The translations under genes and the position numbers were made by a program. Below the pieces are notes generated by a model. That model made no database searches and was not told the origin of the DNA. It saw nothing but the letters and a program-made list of their open reading frames with translations. Positions 8,354 to 20,300 of a DNA stretch of 64,000 nt are shown here, one piece after another (position 1 is the first letter of the stretch; each line of letters starts with the position of its first letter). This stretch comes from Desulfobulbaceae bacterium UBA5611 (GTDB lineage Bacteria; Desulfobacterota; Desulfobulbia; Desulfobulbales; Desulfocapsaceae). The DNA lies in contig DIKT01000029.1 of NCBI GenBank assembly GCA_002424635.1, forward strand, positions 6,254 through 70,253, in the 5' to 3' direction.

Positions 8354-11300
8354 CTATCCAGCACCTCCCGTACTTTTGCTAACAGGTTCTTCGATTGGAA
8401 CGGTTTCTGGATAAAGTCAAAACTACCCTCTGTTAACTGCGGGTTCATGATCGTGTCCATGGTATAGCCGCTCACAAAAAGTGTTTTCATGCCGGGACTG
8501 ACGTTGTTGATCATCGTACTGACCTCTTGCCCGTTTTTCTTCGGCATAATCATGTCGAGCATGACGAGATTGATGCGGTCCCTGTTGGTCATGAATTTGC
8601 TGATGGCATCTTCTCCGTCTCTGGCGGTAATAACCTGATAGCCGAAAGACTCCAGCACTATTCCTGTCAATTTCCGCAAAGAATCGTCGTCTTCGGCCAC
8701 CAGGATGGTCTCATCGCCGCCCTTGACGGCAATTATCTTCTCCGTCTTCATGTCCGCGGAGGCCGTTTCCGTCCCGAGAGGCAGATAAATTTTGAAGACC
8801 GTGCCCTGCCCGGGCTCGCTGTAGACCTTGATGTAGCCGCCATGCTGCTGGATTATGCCATAAGAGATGGCCAGGCCCAGCCCTGTTCCTTCACCCACAC
8901 CTTTGGTGGTGAAAAAAGGTTCGAATATTCTTTTTTGCGTTTCCGCATCCATGCCATGACCGGTATCGGCAATGGTGATCAGGGCATAGCTGCCAGGCTG
9001 GCCATAACCGTACGCGGCAATATATCCTTCGTCCATTTCCTCAATGCCGGTGCTGATTATTAACCGTCCGCCCTCCGGTATGGCGTCCCTGGCATTTAAG
9101 GCCAGATTGATCAGGACTTGTTCGATCTGGCCGGCATCAGCCTGCACGATCAAGGGCCCGGTCATAAGATCCAGCTGAAAGTCAATATTCTCTCTGATAA
9201 TACGAGCCAGCATTTTCTGCAAGCCCAGAATAAGTTCGTTGATATTAACGGACCTGACTTCCACCATCGATTTGCGGCTGAAGACCAGCAGTCTTTTGGT
9301 TAGATCAGCCGCCTTTTCAGCACCAAGGAGCACCTCTTGCATATCATTTTTGGTCTGACTGCCGGTGGCTAAGCTGTCCATGACCATAGCGCCATAGCCC
9401 AGGATCACATTAAGAATATTGTTGAAATCGTGCGCAATTCCTCCAGCCAGCGTACCGATGGCCTCCATCTTCTGGGCCTGCAGGAGTAGGGCCTCCAGTT
9501 TTTTTTGCTCACTGACATCCCTTATGACTTCTATCACCCCCACAGTATGTCCTTGCATATCCTTTAAAGACGAGGCGGTAACGTCAAGATATTTTATCTC
9601 TCCACCGCTGGTTATAGTCCGCGCTACCTTATGGGTGCGGCCATCTTTATAAGCCATCGCCACCGGGCATCCGTCGCAGGTCTTATCTTGATTCTCATAA
9701 GCCCGATAGCAGTGCTCGCCTATGTGATCTCCCACTAAATCTTTCATGGCCTGATTTTGGTAGGTAATGATAAAGTCTGCGTTCTGGACACTCAGTCCTT
9801 CTCCCATGGAGGCCATGATCGCTTCCAACCGGTGTTCTCCTTCATAGGCTTTGTCGAGGGCCGCCCGTAAATCATGCTCGGCCTGCTTGCGCTCGGTGAT
9901 GTCACGGGCCACCCCGGTAATACCCACGGCCATGCCGAAGGCATTACGCAGCAGGGCGGCGCTGACTTCATAAGGGATTTTTCTGCCATCCTTGGTACGG
10001 AGCAGGACCGCGAAGGTAGCACTGCCTTCCCGGGCTACCTGCTGCAAAGAGTCGCTAATTGTTTTTATATCATCATGGCTGACCAAATCTTGAGGACTCA
10101 TCAGGCCAATTTCGCGATCGCTATAGCCGGTAACAGTCTTTAAGGTCTTATTCCATCTGAGAAATTTACCTTTTAAGTCAAAAACCAGGAATATGTCATG
10201 CAGAGTATTGAGGGCATTTTCAATAAATACTTTTTCTTCCTGCAGGGCCTCCGCCGCCTGCTGCCGTGCCGAAACATCGCGGATATTGCATTGGGCCAGA
10301 TGAGCCCTGTCGACCATATAGATATCTGCCGGTATGTCTTGGCCGGATTTAGTGGTCACCGGGACATCTTCATAATTCAGGACACCTTTCGTGGCCAGGT
10401 CCCGCATAATTCCCGGGAAATTAGAGGTATCAAGCGCGACTCCGATATCCTCCAGTTTCCTGCCGATATAATCGGCTTCCCCATAACCCAGCATCTGTTC
10501 GACGGCAGGATTAGCCTGCACGATATGACCATTTGATTTTTCGAGCAGGACTATGCCGTCACTGGCGGTCTCAAAAACACGGCGGTAACGGAATTCAGAT
10601 TCAGTCAGCAGTTCCTCCAGACGCTTGCGCTCGGTGATATCTTCAACGGCCAGCAAGATGATCTGTTCTTTATGCCGACCCCTTTTAATCTGGCGGGCAT
10701 TCAGCAGCATGGTGCGTCGGCCGATGGTGGCAAACTCGTGTTCGACCTCATAGTTATCAAAGCTGCTCTTTTCAGGCAGGATGGTTTCCAGCAGCTCCCG
10801 CAATCGGGGAATATCCCACTGCTTGTTGCCCAGATCATAGATAAGTTGGCCGATGGTGTCTGCCGGCTTTACCTTAAAGAATTCATAGAAGGACCGGCTG
10901 GCGGTGACCACCCTGAGGTCTTGATCCAGAGAGACCAGAGGCTCACGTACCGTGTTGATGATGCTGTCGGCAAATTCATGGGCTTCATCGGATAATTCTT
11001 TAATAACGGCCAGTTCTTGACGGGTCATTTCCAGCCCGCTTTCTATTTCCTTACGTGCTGTGATATCCTCAATCGCCAGCAGGATGATGCGTTCCTTGCC
11101 CTTTTGCCGGGTAATCTGGCGGGCATTCAGCAGCATGGTGCGCCGGCCGATGGTGGCAAACTCGTGTTCGACCTCATAGTTATCAAAGCTGCTCTTTTCA
11201 GGCAGGATGGTTTCCAGCAGCTCCCGCAATTGGGGAATATCCCACTGCTTGTTGCCCAGATCATAGATAAGCTGGCCGATGGTGTCTGCCGGCTTTACCT

Positions 11301-11436
11301 TAAAGAATTCATAGAAGGACCGGCTGGCGGTGACCACCCTGAGGTCTTGATCCAGAACGATCAGGGGTTCGCGCACGGTGTTGATGACGCTCTCGGCGAA
11401 TTCCATGGATCTGGTGACGATTTCTTCCTTGGCCAT
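8350..11436 (-). CDS. Hybrid sensor histidine kinase: 5 PAS + HisKA + HATPase_c + REC
   Basis: 1028 aa. H-box [13 protein letters not shown] boxes ([23 protein letters not shown]), C-terminal receiver ([14 protein letters not shown]). AGGAG RBS. Confidence 0.9.
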   Translation of the reverse strand: MAKEEIVTRSMEFAESVINTVREPLIVLDQDLRVVTASRSFYEFFKVKPADTIGQLIYDLGNKQWDIPQLRELLETILPEKSSFDNYEVEHEFATIGRRTMLLNARQITRQKGKERIILLAIEDITARKEIESGLEMTRQELAVIKELSDEAHEFADSIINTVREPLVSLDQDLRVVTASRSFYEFFKVKPADTIGQLIYDLGNKQWDIPRLRELLETILPEKSSFDNYEVEHEFATIGRRTMLLNARQIKRGRHKEQIILLAVEDITERKRLEELLTESEFRYRRVFETASDGIVLLEKSNGHIVQANPAVEQMLGYGEADYIGRKLEDIGVALDTSNFPGIMRDLATKGVLNYEDVPVTTKSGQDIPADIYMVDRAHLAQCNIRDVSARQQAAEALQEEKVFIENALNTLHDIFLVFDLKGKFLRWNKTLKTVTGYSDREIGLMSPQDLVSHDDIKTISDSLQQVAREGSATFAVLLRTKDGRKIPYEVSAALLRNAFGMAVGITGVARDITERKQAEHDLRAALDKAYEGEHRLEAIMASMGEGLSVQNADFIITYQNQAMKDLVGDHIGEHCYRAYENQDKTCDGCPVAMAYKDGRTHKVARTITSGGEIKYLDVTASSLKDMQGHTVGVIEVIRDVSEQKKLEALLLQAQKMEAIGTLAGGIAHDFNNILNVILGYGAMVMDSLATGSQTKNDMQEVLLGAEKAADLTKRLLVFSRKSMVEVRSVNINELILGLQKMLARIIRENIDFQLDLMTGPLIVQADAGQIEQVLINLALNARDAIPEGGRLIISTGIEEMDEGYIAAYGYGQPGSYALITIADTGHGMDAETQKRIFEPFFTTKGVGEGTGLGLAISYGIIQQHGGYIKVYSEPGQGTVFKIYLPLGTETASADMKTEKIIAVKGGDETILVAEDDDSLRKLTGIVLESFGYQVITARDGEDAISKFMTNRDRINLVMLDMIMPKKNGQEVSTMINNVSPGMKTLFVSGYTMDTIMNPQLTEGSFDFIQKPFQSKNLLAKVREVLDR
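10687..10929 (-). repeat. PAS-coding repeat, copy 2 (kinase aa 170-250)
   Basis: 81 codons, 80/81 aa identical to copy 1 (11113..11355). Looser similarity extends over about 120 codons, with a 142-codon period. Confidence 0.9.
11113..11355 (-). repeat. PAS-coding repeat, copy 1 (kinase aa 28-108)
   Basis: [81 protein letters not shown]. Confidence 0.9.
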
Positions 11437-11503
11437 TTACTGTCTCCTTGCTTGTGGTGCTGCCTTATACTGTAGTCCTGATCAAGATTACATAAGCGAT
11501 AAT

Positions 11504-11599
11504 TCAGGATTCTCCAAATCCCCTAAAGGGGATAAACCACCGGGTGAGCAGCCTGGGATTGCTCTCCTCATCGTCGACGATCAGTATCTTTTTACTCAT
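11504..11599 (-). pseudogene. 31-codon stub of an HD-GYP response regulator gene (duplication remnant)
   Basis: MSKKILIVDDEESNPRLLTRWFIP matches [24 protein letters not shown] of 7310..8353. It has the same ATGA overlap with the preceding kinase stop, then diverges and stops after 31 codons. Confidence 0.8.
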
Positions 11600-13909
11600 C
11601 TGTCCAGCACCTCCCGCACCTTTGCCAACAGGTCTTTCGACTGAAAAGGCTTCTGGATGAAGTCAAAACCGGCCTCCGTCAACTCTTTGTTGGCGACAAT
11701 CTCCATGCTATATCCGCTCATGAAGACTATTTTTATGCCGGGACAGACCTTCCTGATCGCCTCACCGACCTCTTTCCCGCTTTTCCTGGGCATGATCATG
11801 TCCAGCAGGACGAGGCCGATACGTTCCCTGTTCGCCATGAATCTGGCGATCGCCTCTTCGCCATCCTCGGCGGCGATAACCGTGTAACCGAAGGACTCCA
11901 GCACGATCCTTGACAAGTTCCTCAGGGCAGCGTCGTCCTCGGCCACCAGGACAGTCTCATCTCCGCCCTTGACAGGGACAACCCCCTCCGTTTCCTTGTC
12001 CAGAGGGACCGCTTCTTCACTGAGAGGCAGGTAAATTTTAAATATCGAGCCTTCGCCTGGTTCGCTGTAGACCTTGATGAAACCGTTATGCTGTTTTATT
12101 ATGCCGTAGGAAATTGCCAGGCCGAGCCCGGTCCCTTCGTCAACAGCTTTTGTGGTAAAAAAAGGCTCGAATATCTTCTGCTGCGTTTCCGCATCCATGC
12201 CCAGCCCTGTATCGGCAACCGTGAGCAGCGCATACCTCCCAGGCCTGCCATATCCATACGCTGCCACATATTCTTCATTCAGTTCCACCAGTTCGGTGCC
12301 GATCGTCAGTCGTCCGCCCTCGGGCATGGCGTCCCTGGCATTGGTGGCCAGGTTTATCAGCACCTGCTCGATCTGGCCGGCATCGGCCAGCACGATCAAG
12401 GACCTGTCCGCAATCTCCAGATTACATTCGATACTCTCTTGGATGATCCGGACCAGGCATTTTCTGCAGGCCAAGGATAAGCTCATTGATATTAACCGGC
12501 TGCACGTCAACGGCCTGTTTTCGGCTGAAAACGAGCAGCTTTTTGGTGAGACCCGCGGCCTTGTCGGCTGCACTGAGCACCTCACGCATATCATCCTTGG
12601 GCTGACTACCGGCGGCCAAGGTGTCCATGACCATGGTGCCATAGCCCAGGATCACATTGAGGATATTATTGAAATCGTGCGCAATCCCCCCGGCCAGCGT
12701 GCCGACGGCCTCCATCTTCTGGGCCTGCAGGAGCTGGGCCTCGAGTTTCTTTTTTTCTGTAATATCATTAATAATCTCTATGGCCGATACGACCTTGCCG
12801 GATTCATCTTTCAGCGGATAGGATTTCACCTCCACATAAAAAGGTGCTCCTGTGTCGTCATAATGCGTATGGAGAGAAGAGGAATGTTTTTCCGTTTGAA
12901 AAGTACGGGCGACAGGACAGACGAAGTTTCCTTCCTCCCAGCAGGGTGTATCCACATGATGAGAAACTACATAGCAATGCTTGCCTATCACCTCTGCCAA
13001 CGGCTTGCCGACAGACTCAAGATAGGCCCTGTTGGCAGTAATGATCCTGTACTCAGGGTCTATCACAACAAACCCTTCATCAACAGTCTGGAGGATGCTT
13101 CTGGTGAATTTTTCTGATTTCTTTAACTTGTCCTCGACCAGCTTCCGGGCACTGACATCGCGGATATTGCATTGGACCAGTTGCGTCCTGTCGACCAGAT
13201 ATATATCCGTGGTGATATATATTTCCGTGGTGACACCCGGCCCGGACTTGGTTTTCACCGGCACATCCGCGTAATTAAGGATGCCACTCTTTTCCAGATC
13301 TTGCATGATCGCCGGGAAATCACTCATGTCGAGGGGAATGCCGATATCCTGCAGCTTTTTCCCGATATACTCCGCTGCGGAATATCCCAACATCTTCTCG
13401 ACCGCCTCATTCCCATGGATTATACGTCCTTCATCTTTTTCGAGCAGCACGATCCCGTCGCTGGCGGTCTCAAAGATACGCCGGTAGTGGACTTCGGACT
13501 CTTTGAGCAAGTCCTCCAGGCGCTTGCGCTCGGTGATATCCTCGATGGCCAGCAGGATAATCCGCTCCTTGCCCAACGCATGTTCAATCTGGCGGGCATT
13601 CAGCAGCATGGTGCGTCGGCCGATGGTGGCAAACTTGTGTTCGACCTCATAGTTATCAAAGCTGGTCTTTTCAGGCAGGATGGTTTCCAGCAGCTCCCGC
13701 AATTGGGGAATATCCCACTGCTTGTTGCCCAGATCATAGATAAGCTGGCCGACGGTGTCTTCCGGTTTTACCTGAAAAAAGTCATAGAAGGACCGGCTGG
13801 CGGTGACCACTCTGAGGTCTTGATCCAGAACGATCAGGGCATCGCGCACCGTGTTGATGACGCTCTCAGCAAATTCAATGGATCTTGTCTCTATTTTTTT
13901 TCTGCCCAT
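11596..13909 (-). pseudogene. Paralogous hybrid histidine kinase (3 PAS + HisKA + HATPase + REC) split by a +1 nt frameshift
   Basis: ORFs 12422..13909 and 11596..12642 are the N- and C-terminal halves of a homologue of 8350..11436. Paralog alignment places one extra G at 12456/12457 (gaccaGGcatttt versus gagccaGcatttt). Removing it restores LQKMLVRIIQESIE. Confidence 0.8.
13586..13828 (-). repeat. PAS-coding repeat, copy 3 (in the frameshifted paralog)
   Basis: Same 81-aa block, 75/81 aa identical to copy 1 in the intact kinase. Confidence 0.85.
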
Positions 13910-14313
13910 TTCATGTCTCCTTTGTCTGGGGATGAGGCCTGATGCGGTCTCATCCCCTACCGTGCCGCATGGTGGGTTTGCAGCCTACCGGACCCATAGA
14001 AAGATTTATCAAAAATCCTATTATATTAGATATATCAGAAAAAAATGTGGAACTCCAATGTTTCATTTGACAAATGGTCATTGGTCTGTATTCCAGCCAG
14101 AGACTTCCTCGGCCAGTCATGACAGTGGCAGGTAAAGTGCAGGAAGTAAGCAGTCCTGAATAGGCAGAACGGGCAGGTATCTTGATTCTTGATTATCACT
14201 GCAGAATATTAGCAATGGCAGCGAACGGAGGTGTATATTTGTCTCCTTGTTGAGGCCGGGAGGCCGGGATGGGACAACGTGGGATTTTTTGCTCTTAGCC
14301 GCTAGTGTAATCT

Positions 14314-17300
14314 TCAAGCAACGTCTTGCCGGTCCCCCATCCTGACGATAATATTATGGGTTATCAATCCTTTTTCCAGAGGGATGAAGCCGTCGGCCAG
14401 ACGTTGGCCATCCATCTCCACCCAGGCCACTCCGCAGACACAGTGGTCCGGATTCTCCACCTCGATCTGATAGAGGGTCCCCTCATGCCGATAGCGGAGG
14501 CTGAAGCCCTCCCAGGCGGCGGGAATCACCGGCTTGATCTGCATCCGGTCGTGGTCTATATGGAGGCCGAGAACTTCTTCGACCCAGACCCGATACATCC
14601 AGGCGGCCGAGCCGGTATACCACGTCCAGCCCCCCTGGCCGATCCGTCCCGGCAACCGGTAGACATCAGCCGCTACTACATAGGGCTCAACCCCATAGTG
14701 CCAGACCGCGGTGGCATCGCGGGCGTTCTCAATAGGATTGAGGATGCGCAATAACTGCACCGCGCGCTCGCCATCTCCTTTCCGGGCCATGGCCATGGCC
14801 ATCCACAGACCGGCATGGGTATACTGACCGCCATTTTCCCGCACTCCCGGCGGATAGCTTCTGATATAGCCGGGTGAAGGTTCTGATTTATCAAAGGGCG
14901 GGGTAAAGAGCAGCACCAGCCTTTCATCCTGGCAAACGAGATGCTGCCAGGCTGATTCCAATCCCTGCTCCGCCCGTTGCGGATCAGCAGCCCCGCACAG
15001 CCAAGCCCATGATTGGGGCAGGGAATCGATCCTGGCCTCGGTGTTGCCGGCAGAACCAAGCGGCGAGCCATCATCAAAGGTACCGCGTAGATACCATTCG
15101 CCGTCCCAGCCGGCTTTTTCAATACGCTCGATCAGGGCTGATCTTTCCTCTTGATAAGACAGACTCATCTCAGGCTGCTGCAGGAGACGCGACATTTCAA
15201 CCATCCCTTGCAGCAATTCACAGAGGAACCAGCCCAGCCAGACGCTTTCCCCCTTGCCCTCAGCTCCTACCAGATTCAGGCCGTCATTCCAATCGCCAGT
15301 GCCGATCAAGGGCAGGCCATGAGGGCCGATGGTCAGACCGCGGCTGACCGCCCGCCGGCAGTGTTCAAAGAGAGTAGCCCGTTCGAGAGTGACCTCGGGA
15401 ATGGAGAAGACCTCGTGCTGCTCATCTGTCAGCAGTGGCGCCTTGAGGAAAGGTAGCTCGGTCTGCAGAATCTGCAGATCGCCGGTGGTCCGCACATAAT
15501 GGCCAACGACATATGGCAGCCAGAGCAGATCATCACTAAAACGTGAGCGGATACCGGCGCCGGTCGGTTCATGCCACCAATGCTGGACATCACCCTCCTG
15601 GAATTGGCGGCTGGCAGCCAGCAGGATCTGGTCGCGGGCCAGTTGCGGCCGGGAGTAAAGAAAGGCCAGAACATCCTGCAGCTGATCGCGGAAACCGAAG
15701 GCGCCGCCGGACTGGTAAAAAGCGGAACGGGCCCAGAGGCGACAGCTTAAGGACTGATACTGCAACCAGCGGTTGATCAGCAGATCAGCGGCCAGATCGG
15801 GAGTATGGACCTCAACGGTGCCAAGCAGACTATCCCACCAGGACTTGGTCTGAGCAAGGGTTTCGTCAAAGGCCAGATCTGCCTGGAAGCGCAGCACCAG
15901 TTGCCGGGCCTGGTCCACTGACTCGGCTTGACCCAGCATGCAGATGATCTCCCGGCGCTCGCCCGGAGCCAGGTCAACGTAGATCCGCAGGGCGGCACAG
16001 GGGTCAAGTCCGGCGCCGGTCCGTTCTGACAGTCGGGTCAACCCCATGGCGGCCGGGTTAGCCAGCGAGCGGTTGCGGCCGATGAAGGCAGTGCGATCGC
16101 CTCCGTAGGAGTCAGCCGAAGGTGTTAAGGCGACGAAAGCCACCCGTTCCGGATATTCGGAGTGGTAAAGATTTTGGGCCAGCAGGGTCCGGGTTTCATC
16201 GTCCCAGCTGGTGATGACATGCATCTGCGAGGTCTCGCGATTCTCACCCAGAATTAATTCCACATAATAAGTCAGCGACAGGCGGCGCCTTCTGGAGGAG
16301 GCATTGATAAGCCGCAATTGTTGCAGTTTGATGGGTTGGCCGCCATCGTCATCAACGGGGACAAAGACGGTCAGCTCCTGTTCGATGCCGTTACTGTTAT
16401 GCTCAAAAACCGAATAACCGGCCCCATGTCGGGCCCGATAGGCTGTGTCCTCCCGGATCGGAGCGGCCGTCGGTGACCAGAACAGGCCGCTTTCTTCATC
16501 ACGGAGATAGAGGGCTTCCGAAGCCGGATCCAGCACCGGATCATTTGACCAGCCGGTCAGACGATTACGCTGGCTGTTGCCATACCAGGTGAAACCGGTC
16601 CCGGTTTCACTGACCATAGTGCCGAAGCTCGGATTGGCGATGACGTTGACCCAAGGGGCCGGAGTGTTGGTCTCGGGGCCGAGATAGATGGCATATTCCC
16701 GTCCATCCGGAGTAAAACCGCCCAGGCTGTTAAAATAGTGCAGCTCCATGAAAGGTAGAGGGGCAGAAGGTTCACCGGCAACACGTTTCAGAGCCACTTT
16801 CTCCCGCAGGGCATGAACTTCCACCGGTATCCCCAATTGCCGGGGTAAAGTACCACGGGCGGCGACCAGCACGATACTGGCGGCAAATTTAAGAAGCTTC
16901 AGGTCTTCCTCCGGAATGACCGCCGCATTACGCAGAAATACGCCGCCCGGTTGATCGTTGCGATTAAAGACGGCATTAGCCTGGATCAGGCGCTCCAGGC
17001 GTTCCATCAGTGGCCGCTCATAGCCGCCTGCCTCTTCATTAAGAATCACCAGATCGGTGGGCAAGCCGTGCATGCGCCAATAGGTATGGGCCTGGAGCAT
17101 CTGGCGGGCCAGGCTGATATCCCAGGTTTTGCCTATAGTAACCAGAGTGATGGGCAGATCACCTGAAATGCCGTAAGGCCACAAGCCGGCCTGGCCCTTA
17201 CGATTTTCAGCCAGACGGTGACCGGGAGCCCGGAAATTGGAATTGGGAAAGAGCAAATGACTGGCCAGCTTTTGAAAACGCCGTGCTTCATCAGGTTGGA

Positions 17301-20300
17301 TGTGCAGCATCTGTAATTCCTGCTGAGCTGAACCCCAGGCAAAATCCATGGCTCGGGTAACAGCCTGTGGTTCGCAGTATTTAGCCATCAGCAGCATAAC
17401 CTGTTCCCGACTGGAACCAGCGGCGAGCAGCAGGGACAGCTGCAGACGTTGGCCTGGTTCCAGGGTAATATTGTGGCGCAGACTTAAGCATGGTTCGAGA
17501 ACAAATCCCTGATTGTTGCCGAGATCCTGCATGGCCCCCATGGGATTGGCCATTGTCCGGCCGCGTCCGATGAAACGGCGGCGATCGGTTTCAAATTGCC
17601 AGTCTTCTTCAGGGGGGCAATTATCGCCATTAGTATGCTGCAGGATCAAGCGGTGGCCGACAAACAGCGGCGGTTCATTGTCACTGCGTGGTCGTCGAAA
17701 GGCCAGCAGCGCTTGCTGTTCAGTAAGGGCCTCGGTCTGGATGAACAGCTTATTGAATGCCGGATGCTGGCGGTCGGCATTGTGGGGGGCCATAGAGAGT
17801 TCAACATAAGTAGTAAGAGCTAATCGCCGGACCTGGGCGGAATGATTGATCAGGGTAATGCGCCGCACCTCGACATCGTCTTCCGGCGAGACGATGACTT
17901 CTGTTTCGGTATGCACACCGTTATCATCACGGCGGAAGACGGCCCGGTCCCTGGTAAAATCCACGGCATACTGGGTAACTTTGCCACCGACTGGATGATA
18001 GGTGGTGGACCAGAGATGATTCTGCGCCGCCTCATAAAGGTAGCAGAAGGAGCCCATGGCATCACAGGTCGGATCTGAGCGCCAGCGGGTCAATTCCTGG
18101 CCGGTCCATTGGCTGTAGCCGCCCCCGCTGTTGGTAACCATCAAGTCGTAGCGGCCGTTGCTGAGCAGCAGTGTCTTGGGGGTAGCGGTATGCGGGGTAG
18201 TAAAGGTACTGCCGGTCGGGGTGATCAATTCTCCGGTATGGAGTACCGGCTCACTCTGCCGCGTCGAGCTGATGTGCAAGGTCGGCAGAATCGGGATGCG
18301 CTCCTGCAGGAGGAGCTCAAAGGCCCGGACCCGGGTATCGCTATGAAAACGGCGGGGGAAGGGATTATCATGGAGAAAGTTGATCAAGGCCAGAAAAGCC
18401 ATGCCGTGATGGTGGGCCATATAGGCTTTGATGATGACGCCGTGCTTGCCCTGACGCTGTGTCTGGCGGCTGAAATCCATGGCCTCGAAATAACCGTAAT
18501 CACCGAGCATCCCCAACCCGGCCAGTAGTTTCAGATTTTTCATAGTTTCTTGCGGCGCCACATTCAAGGCCAGCAGAGTGGCATAGGGCGCGATGACCAG
18601 CTGCTCCTCAAGCCCGCGTTTCAAGCCGAGCGCCGGGACGCCGAAGGCCTTGTACTGATAGGTTTTATTGAGATCCATATTGGCAAAGGCGGACTCGGAA
18701 ATACCCCAGGGGACATGGCGTTTGCGGCCATAAGCGATCTGGGCTGTTACTGCTTCGCGGGCCGCTTTATCCAGCAGCGAGTTGTCATATGAACGCTGAA
18801 ACAACAGCGGCATCAGGTACTCGAACATGGTCCCGGCCCAGCTCAGCAGTACTCGCCGGTTGCCGAGAGCACCGTAGGGACGGTTCATGGAGAACCAGTG
18901 TTCGATAGGCACATCGCCTCGGGCAATGGCGATGAAACTGCCGAACCGGGCCTCACTGGCCAGCAGGTCATAACTGGAGTCGTCAAGAAGGTCTGTAGAG
19001 ACATTAAAACCGATAGCAAACAGCTTGCGCTTGGCATCATAGAGAAAACGCATGTCTAATGCTGCTGACAATTCACGGATTCTGTCAATCAAGCGTTCGG
19101 CCTGCCCCAGAGTTTCCCCGGCCAGCCATTGGGCATTAACGAAGGCGGCCCGCACCCGGTCGATCCAGGCGGAGATCACAGGGGCCACCAGCGAATTTTC
19201 CTCCCTGATGGCAGTAAGGATCAGGATGGAGTTGATCTGGTTCCGGGCCAGATCATGCAACGAAGGCGGGCACGACAGATCCTTTTTGATGGCAAGCTGA
19301 GCCACCGGTCCCAGGATGGCCAGTTCCTCTTCAGTTTTTTCGGCGAGAATTTCGATCCAGCTCAGATAGCTGTCTCTGTTGTGCGCCCAGGCCGCTGCCT
19401 GTTGTTTAAGCTCAGCCGCCCAGGGGATGACGCCGGCGGCAGCAATCACCGACTTGACATTAACCTCAGTCCGCCGTTGCAGGTGCAGAAGATCGCTAAT
19501 GGTAGTGGGAGCAGCATTCCATTCCGTCAGAAGTTGATCCAGACTGCGGCGATCAAGGATAGTAATGCCTTCAAGGGCCACATGCTTTTTCAGGATCTCG
19601 CCGGTGTCAGCCAGGCCGGCAAAGGCCTTACCGTCGAGGAGTGGTCCGTGCATAAGTTCGTCGAGCCCCTTTTCCAGGGTCCACAAGGCTCCCAGCAGGT
19701 TGCCGCTGTCAACGGCCGAGACATAACGGGGTTCCAGGGGCACCAGGGTCTGAATATCATACCAGTTCAACAGATGCCCTTTATAGCGCTCCAGGCGGTT
19801 GATTGTGTCCATGGTGCTGGTCAGTAAGGCAATAACCTGGTCAATGGTCAGATAGCCGGCATCATGGGCACCAAGCGTGCTGGTCATCCACAGGCCGATG
19901 TTGGTTGGACTGGTGCGCATGGCCAGCCGGTCTTGATGAGCAACCTGATAATTATCGGGCGGCAGCCACAAGGTGTCGGCACTGACAAAGGTGGAGAAGT
20001 AGCGCCACGTCCGCCGGGCGATCTGTCTGAGAAAGCGGCGGTCAATTTCCGGCAGGGCTTGTGTCTGCTGCTGCCTCACGGGCTGCAGATTCAGGATCCA
20101 TACCAGCAGCGGGGAGAGCAACCATAAGATGAGCCAAGGGGCAGCCTGCGGTAAATTGTCCGGCCTGATCTGCCGGATTGACCAGCCGACCATCAGGCTG
20201 AAGATACTGCCGATGGCCATGCTGGCCACGAAGAGCGGTTGCCGGCGGGAAACGTTCCACCAATGACTGGTTTGGGCCGTCCATTCCAGTAAGAGATGCT

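Noticed and set aside
10687-13828. Three ~243-nt near-identical repeats that could superficially suggest a repeat array.
   Set aside because: They are in-frame PAS-domain coding segments of two paralogous kinases. They are not short palindromic repeats with unique spacers, so this is not a CRISPR array.
12152-13942. 321-aa and 256-aa plus-strand ORFs antisense to the frameshifted kinase.
   Set aside because: They mirror the PAS/HisKA coding sequence on the other strand. The same antisense ORF pattern appears opposite the intact kinase (10672..10995, 11017..11475) simply because the DNA is repeated. No independent coding evidence.
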